Source: Candidatus Heimdallarchaeota archaeon (GTDB taxonomy: Archaea > Asgardarchaeota > Heimdallarchaeia > Heimdallarchaeales > Heimdallarchaeaceae). Taken from it: a stretch of 64,000 nucleotides of DNA. Location: NCBI GenBank assembly GCA_030603365.1, contig JAUVXV010000003.1:160001-224000 (forward strand), in the 5' to 3' direction. Below are positions 9,646 to 19,385 of the stretch, one piece after another. The notes beneath the pieces were generated by a model. The model was not told the DNA's origin and made no database searches. It saw only the letters and a list, made by a program, of their open reading frames with translations. The position numbers were made by a program, and so were the translations under genes. Within the stretch, counting starts at the first letter, position 1. Each line of letters opens with the position of its first letter.

Positions 9646-10878
9646 TTATTCCATAAGAACAACCAAAGTTGACCAACCAAAGTTTTCTGCACCTGCTCCT
9701 TCTCCAGTTATTGGATTATAAAATTCTCTAAATCCAGATTTTATTACAAGTTCTTTTGACTTCTTAGCTAAATCATCAGCAAGTTTAATTTCTTCTTGTT
9801 TCTTCAAACCTAACCAGATAAAGTAATTAGTATTAATCCAAGTAGGTCCTCTCCAAAGTAAAGGAGAATCTTTAGGGTTGAATGATTTTTCAGTCATAGA
9901 TACAGTTGGTACAGGATACTTAGCCCAATATTCATTTTTATTTGTAAGATGATCGATGAGTCTATCCTTCATATCTAATGGGATATCTAACATTAATGGG
10001 AGAAGAGATGAAATTGTGGAGACTTTGATTTGGGGATTATCTTGGTTATTCATATCTAAATCATAGAATAGTCCATCCTTATCATTCCAACATTTTTCAA
10101 TTAAACTGTTGGTCACAGTGTTTTTCAGATTCTGTAGGTTTTGCATTTCTTTTGCTAAATTCAGGATTTTAAGAGCTTTGATGAAAGCAGTCATCCCACC
10201 CAAGAACAAAGTATTTGTTAAGACACATTTAACCTTGAAGCTAGAATGTTTAGCCATCTCCTTTTGATTCCATTGGTATTTATTGTACTCCTTTAGTAGA
10301 CCTCTCATTCTCCTCCATTGTTTGATTCGAAGCAGTTTCGTATCTGTTAAGTTTAGGTCAAATTTAGGGGAAGAATCTAGCCCACTCTCCCATGGATGAA
10401 CTATGCTAATTAACCCTGATTTTTCAGGATCTCGAACTTCGAAAAGATGCATATAATACTGATAGGTAGCTTGAACAAGATTGCTGACTTTTTTGTGATT
10501 TTCTTTAACTAATCTTAAGAGCGGATAACCGATTATTGGGGGTTGAATCAGCTCAGAATAGTTTTTTGTTGGATACAATCGATCAAAAATCCACCAGTAA
10601 GGATTGGTTTTTTTATAATTCCAAAATATCATGTGGGGGAAAAGAATTTTCTGTCCTTTACCAATAAATAAACTCTCTAACTCCTTAAATGCTCTATCTT
10701 TATTTCCAAGTTTAAACCAAACTAGACTATGCAAGCAACTATCCCAAAACCATTGTTGGTCATAGATACCTGGACTAGGGGCTGTAAAAACTATATCTTC
10801 ATTTCTACTCTCTTCTGCATTTTTCTTGAGAATTGTGTTTGCAGATAGAAGTTTTTTAGCCTTTCCCAAAAGATCCAT
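9646..10878 (-). CDS. GH63-like (MGH1-like) (alpha/alpha)6 glycoside hydrolase
   Basis: QWFWDS, QPP, HPWESGLDSSP, WRGPTWINTN, FREFYNP, FGWS; likely ATG at 10878. Confidence 0.85.
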   Translation of the reverse strand: MDLLGKAKKLLSANTILKKNAEESRNEDIVFTAPSPGIYDQQWFWDSCLHSLVWFKLGNKDRAFKELESLFIGKGQKILFPHMIFWNYKKTNPYWWIFDRLYPTKNYSELIQPPIIGYPLLRLVKENHKKVSNLVQATYQYYMHLFEVRDPEKSGLISIVHPWESGLDSSPKFDLNLTDTKLLRIKQWRRMRGLLKEYNKYQWNQKEMAKHSSFKVKCVLTNTLFLGGMTAFIKALKILNLAKEMQNLQNLKNTVTNSLIEKCWNDKDGLFYDLDMNNQDNPQIKVSTISSLLPLMLDIPLDMKDRLIDHLTNKNEYWAKYPVPTVSMTEKSFNPKDSPLLWRGPTWINTNYFIWLGLKKQEEIKLADDLAKKSKELVIKSGFREFYNPITGEGAGAENFGWSTLVVLME

Positions 10879-10973
10879 GTTTACCAAATAACATCTTAAT
10901 ATTTGACTTTTTTCTCTTGTTTCAATCGACTCTTGTAAAAAACATTTTTTTATAACTTCAAGAATCAATATCT

Positions 10974-12098
10974 ATGGCTTTTATTGGTCACTTTATCGTG
11001 GGATTAAGTATTATTATACCATTATATCTATTTAATCGAGAAAATTTCAATTACAAAGTTGCTGTGATTTTTGTCCTAAGTAATTGGTTAGGTCCTGATT
11101 CAGCTCAAGCTTATTTCTTTCTTAAATGGGATTTTACAAGTTTTGAATGGGATTTCCATTATCTTTTGCCTTTCTTACTCTGGTCTGTTCTATTGGCATT
11201 CTTATACTCTTATATGTCTAGATTCTCAGTTGTAAGATTAGGACGTATCTTAAGGATAAACGATGATGGATATAAAACACTAGATTGGAAAAATGCTTAT
11301 TTTCTTGCTGTTTCAGGGGGAATTATTCATACTATAACCGATACATTATCTCGTAAAAACCTGAAAGTCAAGTTTTTTGATTCTTTTATTGAACCTACAA
11401 TAATTGACCTGCAATATATTGGAGCAGATTTGGGTATTCAAACAAAAGATCTACAGATTATTACTTATTTCATCATGATAGTTTTTACATTCTTGTTATT
11501 TTTTGTTTTCAAGCAAAAAATGAGAGATATTCTAATTTATTTTGGTTCTTTGATTGTTGTTATAGTAGTTGGAGGATTAGCAATAGGTGATGGTTTTTTA
11601 GGTGGAGAATACGATATAGGAGTAACAATTTCTTCAATAATTTTTGTTTTCATCCCTCTGATGTTGCTAATGTATGTTTTCTATGATGTTCGCAAGAATC
11701 CCAAAGATTCAGAAATTAAAAATGAAGAAAAGAAGCGTTCTAATCATAAAGAAAATCTGATTGCTATATCCATAATAACGATCATCATTGCTGGAATAGT
11801 TCTTGCTCTTGGAATTCTAAGCATTACGAAAGTAGAATTTCTTGTTAGTTCTCTTGATTTCAGTGATATTGTGTTCACTATTCTAGGAGTGCTATTAACT
11901 TTAATTGGATCATGTGGAGTGTTAAGTGGAATTGGATTAATTCTAGAAATTAATGTCGCAAGAATAACCACAATGATATTATTTTCATTATTACTAATCT
12001 TTGTTTTTCCACTAGCTATAGTTCTTTATTTATCTCAAAATGAAGTAATTGTTCTGTTTAAAAATAAAGAAAGAATGAAAAAAGAGAATGAGATTTAA
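10974..12098 (+). CDS. Multi-pass membrane protein, metal-dependent hydrolase-like
   Basis: N-terminal GHF, GPD, FHY and HTITD motifs with many TM segments. Confidence 0.65.
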   Translation: MAFIGHFIVGLSIIIPLYLFNRENFNYKVAVIFVLSNWLGPDSAQAYFFLKWDFTSFEWDFHYLLPFLLWSVLLAFLYSYMSRFSVVRLGRILRINDDGYKTLDWKNAYFLAVSGGIIHTITDTLSRKNLKVKFFDSFIEPTIIDLQYIGADLGIQTKDLQIITYFIMIVFTFLLFFVFKQKMRDILIYFGSLIVVIVVGGLAIGDGFLGGEYDIGVTISSIIFVFIPLMLLMYVFYDVRKNPKDSEIKNEEKKRSNHKENLIAISIITIIIAGIVLALGILSITKVEFLVSSLDFSDIVFTILGVLLTLIGSCGVLSGIGLILEINVARITTMILFSLLLIFVFPLAIVLYLSQNEVIVLFKNKERMKKENEI

Positions 12099-13567
12099 TA
12101 GCTCCTTGCAATATAGATAGTCTCGTGAGCAGGATTGCCGCATACTAGGCATTTCTCGAAAGACCTTGTTTCTGAATCCACTTTCTTTCCTCTTACGTAT
12201 GCTTTTACTTCTTTTTCAACAACTTCAGCACAAGTCTCGCCTTCAAGATCTATTGAACAAAAACCTGCACAGGCAATTTTGTTGTCTCCTATTGCTTTCT
12301 TAACTTCATCTATAGTATTTGTTTCAACTACTTGAGATTCAAATTGGACTGCATATTTCTCTTTTAGTTGTTTTGTAAATTTCTTCGAAAATTCTTTGAT
12401 GAATTTCTCTAACTCTTCTTGTTTCACCTTTAATTTCTCTCCAGAAATTCTATTTACTGCAACAATTTGATTGTTCTCAATATCTTTAGGTCCAATTTCA
12501 ATACGTAAAGGAACTCCTTTCAATTCCCATTCATTGAATTTTTCTCCAGGACTAACATAATCTCTATCATCTAATTTGATGTATACATCACCTAGATAGT
12601 CTTCTATGGTCTTGGTAAGCTCTTTAGCTTTCTCTAAAACTAAATCTTTTGAATCTGCTCTATAAATGGGGATAATAACCATCTGAATTGGAGCTAAATC
12701 CCAAGGTAGAACGAGCCCTTGATCATCACCAAGTAAAGCTATCATAGCTCCATAGATTCTACTGATTGCAGGACCGTAACATGTGATATAACCAAACTTC
12801 TCTTCATTGTCTTTATCGATGAATGTGACATTGAATGGTTTTGAGAAATTCTGTCCCAATAGATGAGTAGAAGGTAGTTGTAGTACTCTCCCTGAATCCA
12901 TCAAAGCATCAGCTGCATATGTGTGAACAGCGCCAGCAAACTTGTCCCATTCAGGCCTTTGAAAGAAGATTATTGGAATAGCAAATTCATCTTGAAGCAT
13001 CTCATATGTTGTTTCCATATCTTCAACAACTTGTTGTCTTGCTTCTTCTTCTGTAGCAAAGACATCATGTGATTCTATCCAATGAAACTCTCGTGCTCTG
13101 AAGAAAACTCGAGTATCTCCACCTTCGTAACGGAAAACTTGACCCGAAACATATCTCTTGAAAGGTAAATCATTATAGCTTCTTATCCACAAAGAATACA
13201 TCTGATATAATGCTGTTTCACTAGTAGGACGTAAAGCTAGTTTTTCTTCTAGTTTCTTTTCACCACCATGAGTAACCCAGAAAACTTGAGGAGAAAATCC
13301 TTCAACATGATCCGCCTCTAACTTGAAATTTCTTTCAGGAATAAGGGTGGGCATGATTAAGGGTAAATGTCCCTTCTTTTCAAGACATTTTTCGTATTTT
13401 TCATACATTCTTTTAATTGTTACTGAAGCCCAAGCTCTGTACGGTACTAAACCCTTGATGTTATATCTAATATCTGCAAGTTCTGCCTTTTGAATTAGTT
13501 CAGTGTACCATTGAGAAAAGTCGTCGCTTTTCTTTACAGAAATTCCTTTCATTTTTTCCTTTGACAT
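12095..13567 (-). CDS. proS: Proline--tRNA ligase (archaeal/eukaryotic type)
   Basis: FSQWY, LRPTSET, FFRAREFHW, HLLGQNFSK, anticodon-binding domain and C-terminal Zn domain (CLVCG); likely ATG at 13567. Confidence 0.97.
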   Translation of the reverse strand: MSKEKMKGISVKKSDDFSQWYTELIQKAELADIRYNIKGLVPYRAWASVTIKRMYEKYEKCLEKKGHLPLIMPTLIPERNFKLEADHVEGFSPQVFWVTHGGEKKLEEKLALRPTSETALYQMYSLWIRSYNDLPFKRYVSGQVFRYEGGDTRVFFRAREFHWIESHDVFATEEEARQQVVEDMETTYEMLQDEFAIPIIFFQRPEWDKFAGAVHTYAADALMDSGRVLQLPSTHLLGQNFSKPFNVTFIDKDNEEKFGYITCYGPAISRIYGAMIALLGDDQGLVLPWDLAPIQMVIIPIYRADSKDLVLEKAKELTKTIEDYLGDVYIKLDDRDYVSPGEKFNEWELKGVPLRIEIGPKDIENNQIVAVNRISGEKLKVKQEELEKFIKEFSKKFTKQLKEKYAVQFESQVVETNTIDEVKKAIGDNKIACAGFCSIDLEGETCAEVVEKEVKAYVRGKKVDSETRSFEKCLVCGNPAHETIYIARSY

Positions 13568-13657
13568 AGTATCATGCATTCTGAACAAAAGGGGTTTATT
13601 AGTGTTTCAGTTTTTGAAGTTTTTTTAAAAACGCAGAAAAAGTGACCAATAAATATT

Positions 13658-13697
13658 TATTCAATTATTCAGCTATTCCCGTATTCAGAAATTCACC
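13658..13697. repeat. Five tandem 8-bp degenerate repeats (core WATTC) upstream of a regulator gene
   Basis: tattcaat/tattcagc/tattcccg/tattcaga/aattcacc in exact 8-nt register. Confidence 0.55.
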
Positions 13698-13708
13698 GAA
13701 CTAAGCTT

Positions 13709-14644
13709 ATGAATAAACGAGAGATGAGAAACATGGGAAACATGCCGTTTCATAATAACGAATCTATACAGCTGTTCATTCTTGAATCATTAGATGAGAT
13801 TGCAGATTTTCATAAAGCTTTAGACCATCCAACCAGATTGGAAATACTTGCAAGACTACTTACTGAACCACTAGAGTTTAGCGAATTACAAGAAGCAATG
13901 AAAATAGCAAAAACATCTTTAGCTAATCATATTACAACTCTGATGGAATGTGGGTTAGTCGAGAAAATAGAACGAGGACTCTATCAGATTTCATTTGATG
14001 GTGAGGATTTACTTAAGAATTCAGCTAAAACTTTCCTTGAGATAAAAATTCGAGAACAGGAAAGGCTTGAATCCCTTAGATTACGCTATGAGGCGTTAAT
14101 CAACAAATACACAGTATTAGGCAGTGAAAAAGAAATGGTTAAAGAAAATGATTTCAAAAAAGTAACTTTACCAGAAATGAGAGTTGTATCCTTTCATGCT
14201 ATGGGTGAATTTTTAGGCGCTCCTGAACCAAAAGCAGGAGAAAAATTGTACACATGGGCAGAACCATTAGGTCTATATGATGAACCCAAAAAGCATAGAG
14301 TCTTCGGTTTCAATAATCCAGATCCAAAATATGATAAAGGACTTGGAAAATTTATCATAAACAAAGAAAATCCATATGGTTATGAATTTTGGATGACCAT
14401 AGATGATGATTTTGAAGTTGATGATAGTTTGACAGTTAAAACAATTCCTGAAGGTTTATTCATAACTAAGAGTTGTTTAGGAGTAAATGATTTGGGGAGA
14501 GTTTGGAAAGAATTAGGTAACTGGGTTAAGGAAAGTAAAGAATATAGATTTGGACCACACCAGTGCTTGGAAGAAAATACTAACCCTAAAATAAGTGATG
14601 GAAATAAAATCCCATTCATTCTGTATTTTCCAATCAAAAAATAG
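13709..14644 (+). CDS. ArsR-type wHTH regulator with C-terminal GyrI-like effector-binding domain
   Basis: FHKALDHPTRLEIL...LANHITTL..GLVEK; C-terminal FGFNNP, YGYEFW, IPEGLF, QCLEE. Confidence 0.88.
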   Translation: MNKREMRNMGNMPFHNNESIQLFILESLDEIADFHKALDHPTRLEILARLLTEPLEFSELQEAMKIAKTSLANHITTLMECGLVEKIERGLYQISFDGEDLLKNSAKTFLEIKIREQERLESLRLRYEALINKYTVLGSEKEMVKENDFKKVTLPEMRVVSFHAMGEFLGAPEPKAGEKLYTWAEPLGLYDEPKKHRVFGFNNPDPKYDKGLGKFIINKENPYGYEFWMTIDDDFEVDDSLTVKTIPEGLFITKSCLGVNDLGRVWKELGNWVKESKEYRFGPHQCLEENTNPKISDGNKIPFILYFPIKK

Positions 14645-14901
14645 AAGGAACACTTTCTTTTCTTTTTTTCTTTTATGTATTATTGACTGTGCGCTAATCC
14701 CAACATGTAAGGCAAAATTTTTCCAGCTCTGTGTTCAACAGTTGCGCACATATGGGTGAAATTATCACGACATAGACTTTTTGTCGGGAAACTGTACAAA
14801 ATAAGCTATTTCTGGGGTTCTAAAATATTTTAACCAACCAAAAGGCATATATTATATTGTTTTTACTAGTTATAAGTAGACAGCTTTAAATGGTGTTTTA
14901 A

Positions 14902-15480
14902 TTGGAAACAAAGAAATTTAAAATCACTCTATTGGGCGAAGGGGCTGTCGGAAAAACCTCTCTGCGAAAGAACTTCTTAGGGGAAACTTTCGAAAGAGAT
15001 TATATGATGACTTTAGGAGCAGATTTTGCTACCAAAACTATTGAAACTGATGATTTTGATGTCACTTTAATAATTTGGGATTTAGCAGGTCAGCCTCGAT
15101 TTTCAATTGTCAGAGAAGGGTTTTACAAAGGTACCAGGGGAGCTTTGCTGGTTTTTGATTTAACTCGTCCTGATACATATGAACATTTAGCTGACTGGGT
15201 AAGAGAGTTACTCAAGAACAATAGTAACAAGAAAGTACCTCTAGTACTTATTGGCAACAAATCAGATCTTCGGGGTTCACTTCATACAACTATTCCAGCA
15301 GAATATGGAGAGAAATACGCTAAAGCACTTTCTCAGTGGAGTGGATATGAAATTCCATATATTGAAACCTCAGCTAGATATGGGGATAATGTGGAAAAAG
15401 CTTTTCAGATTCTGATTAAGCAAATTATTAAAAGCACACAGACAGAGGCTATACAGCATTATCTAAAAGGAGAACTATAA
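14902..15480 (+). CDS. Rab-like small GTPase (Asgard eukaryotic signature protein)
   Basis: G1 GEGAVGKT, G2 region TLGADF, G3 WDLAGQ, FYKGT, LVFDLT, G4 NKSD, G5 ETSA; no C-terminal Cys. Confidence 0.93.
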   Translation: METKKFKITLLGEGAVGKTSLRKNFLGETFERDYMMTLGADFATKTIETDDFDVTLIIWDLAGQPRFSIVREGFYKGTRGALLVFDLTRPDTYEHLADWVRELLKNNSNKKVPLVLIGNKSDLRGSLHTTIPAEYGEKYAKALSQWSGYEIPYIETSARYGDNVEKAFQILIKQIIKSTQTEAIQHYLKGEL

Positions 15481-15490
15481 CTCCTAATAT

Positions 15491-17842
15491 CTATTTTTTC
15501 CAAAAATCTTTAACAATAGTAGATAAGCTTAGATTGTCATATACTCTTTGAACCTCTGACCAAGCTTCAGGAAACAAGACAGAATAAGTCCTGGTTGAAT
15601 ATCTATCTCCTATTAGGAGAACAACACCTCTATCTTCTTCTGTTCTTATTACTCTACCGGCTGCTTGTAGTACTTTGTTCATCCCAGGGTAAGTATAAGC
15701 AAAGAGAAAACCTTTACTCCTTAGGTTATCAAAATAGTTGCGTATCATATCTCTTTCTAGATTAACTTTAGGCAGCCCAACTCCTACTATAATGGCACCT
15801 GATAATTTCTCACCTATTAAATCAATTCCTTCACTAAATATACCCCCCATAACAGCAAACCCAACAAGAGTTTTTTTACCATATGAAGAAAACTTGTTCA
15901 GAAAGACCTCCCTTTCCTCTTCAGTCATCCCTTGTTGTTGTTCGAGAATTTCAAATGATTTAGATTTGATTTCAAAATTCGCTAGTATGGCTCGCATATA
16001 TTCATATGATGGGAAATATACAAGATAGTTACCTGTTTTTGCTTTAATAACTTCTTTAATCCAATCTGCTATATCTTCATAAGAACTCTCTCTATCTACA
16101 TATCTTGTAGATAAGGTGTCTGCAAGCATTAAACATAAATTCTCTTTTGGAAAGGGTGAAGGTAGTTGCAATTTTGTGCTACTTTTATCTCCACCTAGCA
16201 AATCTGAGAAATAGTCCAAAGGAGTTAGAGTTGCTGAGTAAAAGACTGCTGAATTTCCTCTATTTAGTGCTTCTTTTAATAAGAAAGATGGATCTAAGCA
16301 GAACAGCTTTATCTTAACATTATTTCCATACTTTCTAATGTAAGTGATATACCGACTATCGTAATCTTCCGCAACTCTCAAGAAGCTTCTTGCATCAAAA
16401 TAGAATTCAACCAGCTCTTCTCTAAAATCTGTTGGGATATTCTTTTCTAACCAATCAGTAGTTACAGCTGAAAACTTCCTAAGTATTTTGAAAAGAGTAT
16501 CATCCAGTAGTTCTTTCTGAACAAAATACTTCTTATCAAATAACTCACATTCTTTTCTTATTACAATAAAATACCTATTCAAACTATTGAGAATCTTTGA
16601 TAATTCAGGAATATCTTCTTTCGTTGCCCTACTCAAATCAAGTATGGGTTTTTTTGTTAATTCAGCTGAGTACATCTTCCTAGCTCTATCAACTAAGTTG
16701 TGAGCTTCATCTATTAGAAATATAAAATCTCCCTTATCTTCCAAAAAGTATCTTTTCAAATATACCCGAGGATCAAAGACATAATTATAATCACATATGA
16801 TACAATCTGACCAGTTTGTTAAGTCGAGTGAGAATTCGAATGGACAAACTTGGTGCTTTTGAGCATATTTTTCTATAATCTTTTGAGAAAAAGCGTTTTC
16901 TTGGAAAATATCTTTTACGGCATCGTTTATCCGATCAAAATGACCGTTTGCATATTCACAATAATTGGGATCACATAGAACCTCATCTTTAAAGCAGATT
17001 TTTGCTTTAGCAGTAATAGTAGTTGATTTAAGTTTTAAGCCAGAATCTCTTAATATTTCCAATGTTTCCTCTGCTATGAATCTTGTTGTAGTTTTAGCTG
17101 TTAAATAGAAAATTTTTGAATCAAAATTACTCCCCATGGACTTAATTGATGGATAAAGTGCACCTATAGTTTTACCAATTCCTGTTGGTGCTTGACAAAA
17201 GAGTTTCTTTTCATTCTCTATAACCTCTTTTACAATCTTAACCATCTTATCTTGTCCTTTTCGATAAGAAGTAAATGGAAAATGTAGATTGACTCTGCTA
17301 TCATTTCTCTGTTCAAGCCAATTAGATAGAATTATAGCCCAATCTAGATATTTATCCATTATTTCTAAACAAAATGATTCTAATTCCTTAAATGTAAATT
17401 CTTTAAAGAATAATTTTGTTTTGTTTTGATCTATTTGATAATAGGTTAACTGTATTCCAATTTTCTTTATTTTATTCTGAACAGCATAAAAATATGCATA
17501 AAATTTAGCTTGAGCCCAATAAACTTGATTTGATTCTTCAGTTAGATTAGCCAACCTTCCTGATGTGCTTTTTATTTCCTCAATTACTGTCAAGCCATGC
17601 TTCTCTAGAATGCCATCTATTCTTCCTCTCAGTTTAAGAAGTGTACCTCTTCTATCAACACTATTGGAGATTGAAACTTCTTTTTTGTAATCTTTTCCTC
17701 TTGATTTCTGAACCTTTTGATGAGCCTTTGTACCCTCAACCATCCTAGATCTACCAAAGTAACCTAATGATATGTCACCTTGTCGGTAAACATACTCTAC
17801 TAAATTTCTTACCGAAATCTGAATGATAGTTTTAGAAGACAT
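15491..17842 (-). CDS. XPD/DinG-family Fe-S DNA helicase with N-terminal PD-(D/E)XK nuclease domain
   Basis: GRIDG...EEIKS nuclease motif; APTGIGKT, four Fe-S Cys, DEAH, SATL, QAAGRVIR; likely ATG at 17842. Confidence 0.9.
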   Translation of the reverse strand: MSSKTIIQISVRNLVEYVYRQGDISLGYFGRSRMVEGTKAHQKVQKSRGKDYKKEVSISNSVDRRGTLLKLRGRIDGILEKHGLTVIEEIKSTSGRLANLTEESNQVYWAQAKFYAYFYAVQNKIKKIGIQLTYYQIDQNKTKLFFKEFTFKELESFCLEIMDKYLDWAIILSNWLEQRNDSRVNLHFPFTSYRKGQDKMVKIVKEVIENEKKLFCQAPTGIGKTIGALYPSIKSMGSNFDSKIFYLTAKTTTRFIAEETLEILRDSGLKLKSTTITAKAKICFKDEVLCDPNYCEYANGHFDRINDAVKDIFQENAFSQKIIEKYAQKHQVCPFEFSLDLTNWSDCIICDYNYVFDPRVYLKRYFLEDKGDFIFLIDEAHNLVDRARKMYSAELTKKPILDLSRATKEDIPELSKILNSLNRYFIVIRKECELFDKKYFVQKELLDDTLFKILRKFSAVTTDWLEKNIPTDFREELVEFYFDARSFLRVAEDYDSRYITYIRKYGNNVKIKLFCLDPSFLLKEALNRGNSAVFYSATLTPLDYFSDLLGGDKSSTKLQLPSPFPKENLCLMLADTLSTRYVDRESSYEDIADWIKEVIKAKTGNYLVYFPSYEYMRAILANFEIKSKSFEILEQQQGMTEEEREVFLNKFSSYGKKTLVGFAVMGGIFSEGIDLIGEKLSGAIIVGVGLPKVNLERDMIRNYFDNLRSKGFLFAYTYPGMNKVLQAAGRVIRTEEDRGVVLLIGDRYSTRTYSVLFPEAWSEVQRVYDNLSLSTIVKDFWKK

Positions 17843-17940
17843 AGTAGCATATCCTACGCATTGAACTAGATTCATCAGCTTAAAGCTAAACTAATTGTAG
17901 GTTTTTCATATAAAAACAAAGTCATGGGAATTTAAGAATT

Positions 17941-18384
17941 TCACAGTTTCCTAATCATCACGATGGCTGATTCTGTACATGCCTCTGAATACTCATAACT
18001 TTGTTTTATTACTTCATCAACAAGCTCTCTGGAAATAACAACAAAATCAAATTTCTTGAAGAAATCAACAGCTGTATCGGTGAGTAAATATAAATCCTTT
18101 ATTCCAGCGTTCTTTGCTTTTTCAAGTATGTTCTGGATAAGTACGTGTCCAATCCCCAAACCTTGATAATTGGGATCAACTGCAGCTGACCTAAGTAGAC
18201 CCAAGCTGTTATATTTTTCAAAACCAATACATCCAATTACTTGACCAGCTCTTATTACTACTGTGAAATTACTAAAATGGGGTTCTAGATCTTCATAAAC
18301 CAAATTAAGATTTTTTAGAAGAAGAATAACTTGTTCTAACATATCTGTTTTGGCATCAGATAAAGTATAATCAGAATTGTTCAT
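17941..18384 (-). CDS. arsN2: GNAT N-acetyltransferase, ArsN2-like
   Basis: GLLRSAAV, QGLGIG, LYLLTDTA, FF..FDF, S.E..AC..SA..M pattern. Confidence 0.7.
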   Translation of the reverse strand: MNNSDYTLSDAKTDMLEQVILLLKNLNLVYEDLEPHFSNFTVVIRAGQVIGCIGFEKYNSLGLLRSAAVDPNYQGLGIGHVLIQNILEKAKNAGIKDLYLLTDTAVDFFKKFDFVVISRELVDEVIKQSYEYSEACTESAIVMIRKL

Positions 18385-18487
18385 ATTACTAACAACATAT
18401 AGTAAACACTTGAATAAATATTTTCTTACAAAATTTTGGTGAAAATAATAATTTAAAAACTCTAAATAGCTTGTTCACTTGATAAAA

Positions 18488-18946
18488 ATGACTGAGATTT
18501 TTGATACTGAAATTATTCATTCCACTATTATCAAGGCTTCAATTGAGAAAGTCTATGATGCTATATCGACAGCAGAAGGATTAGACGAGTGGTTTACAAC
18601 AGGTGCTGAAGTTTCTAGAAAAATAGGTGGTCAAATACAATTTAGATGGACAACAGAAAGAGCTGATGTTCAGGATGGAGTTATTGAGGATGGAGGTCCA
18701 ATAACTGAGGTAGACCGACCAAACCATTTTGCTTTTCAATGGCATCCTGATAATGAATCATATGCAACAACTGTTCATCTTAAATTCGAAGAAGATGAGC
18801 GAGGTACAATTGTTAATGTACAAGAATATGGTTTTGAGGATACACCTAGAGGTAGAAAAGTTTTATTGGGTTGTGCTACTGGTTGGGGAGAAGCTTTAAC
18901 CATGGTTAAATTCTACCTTGAGCATGGAATTGTGTATAACAAGTAA
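18488..18946 (+). CDS. SRPBCC/AHSA1 domain protein
   Basis: IKASIEKVYDAISTAEGLDEWF, GGQIQFRW, GWGEAL. Confidence 0.88.
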   Translation: MTEIFDTEIIHSTIIKASIEKVYDAISTAEGLDEWFTTGAEVSRKIGGQIQFRWTTERADVQDGVIEDGGPITEVDRPNHFAFQWHPDNESYATTVHLKFEEDERGTIVNVQEYGFEDTPRGRKVLLGCATGWGEALTMVKFYLEHGIVYNK

Positions 18947-19103
18947 TTCCTATTTTCCTTTTAGTATTCTTCAGTAATTTTTGGGGTTTAATGAATGATT
19001 TGCTCGATTTTAGCATTAAAGATTAGTTTATTTTGTTTTTTTTTTAATTTTGAAAATTTCTCCCCATAAATTTATATAGAAAATTTCGAAATTAGAGGTT
19101 GGT

Positions 19104-19241
19104 ATGTCAGAAATAGAACCAGAAACAGATAAAACGCCAGATAAAAAGAAGATGACTTATAGAATAATAATGGTAATTCTAGCTATTGCGGTAATTGGAA
19201 TAGGTATTTGGCAAATCATACAAGGTATGAATAAGATATAG
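19104..19241 (+). CDS. 45-aa single-TM small protein (not in ORF track)
   Basis: MSEIEPETDKTPDKKKMTYRIIMVILAIAVIGIGIWQIIQGMNKI*, preceded by GAGGT (SD-like) and TTTATATA. Confidence 0.65.
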   Translation: MSEIEPETDKTPDKKKMTYRIIMVILAIAVIGIGIWQIIQGMNKI

Positions 19242-19385
19242 TTCAGCTTACATCTCTATATGTCTAAATTATAGGTGTATAAATAACCTACTTTAGAAAT
19301 TTGTATTCTATGAAGTCTAGAAATAAGTCTCATAAACTCTATTCTTCTTATAATGAAATATAATTCATATTATATTGGTCATGTT

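Noticed and set aside
15491-17842. Type IV CRISPR CasDinG or Cas4 locus
   Set aside because: No other cas genes or array; the nuclease domain lacks the Cas4 Cys cluster.
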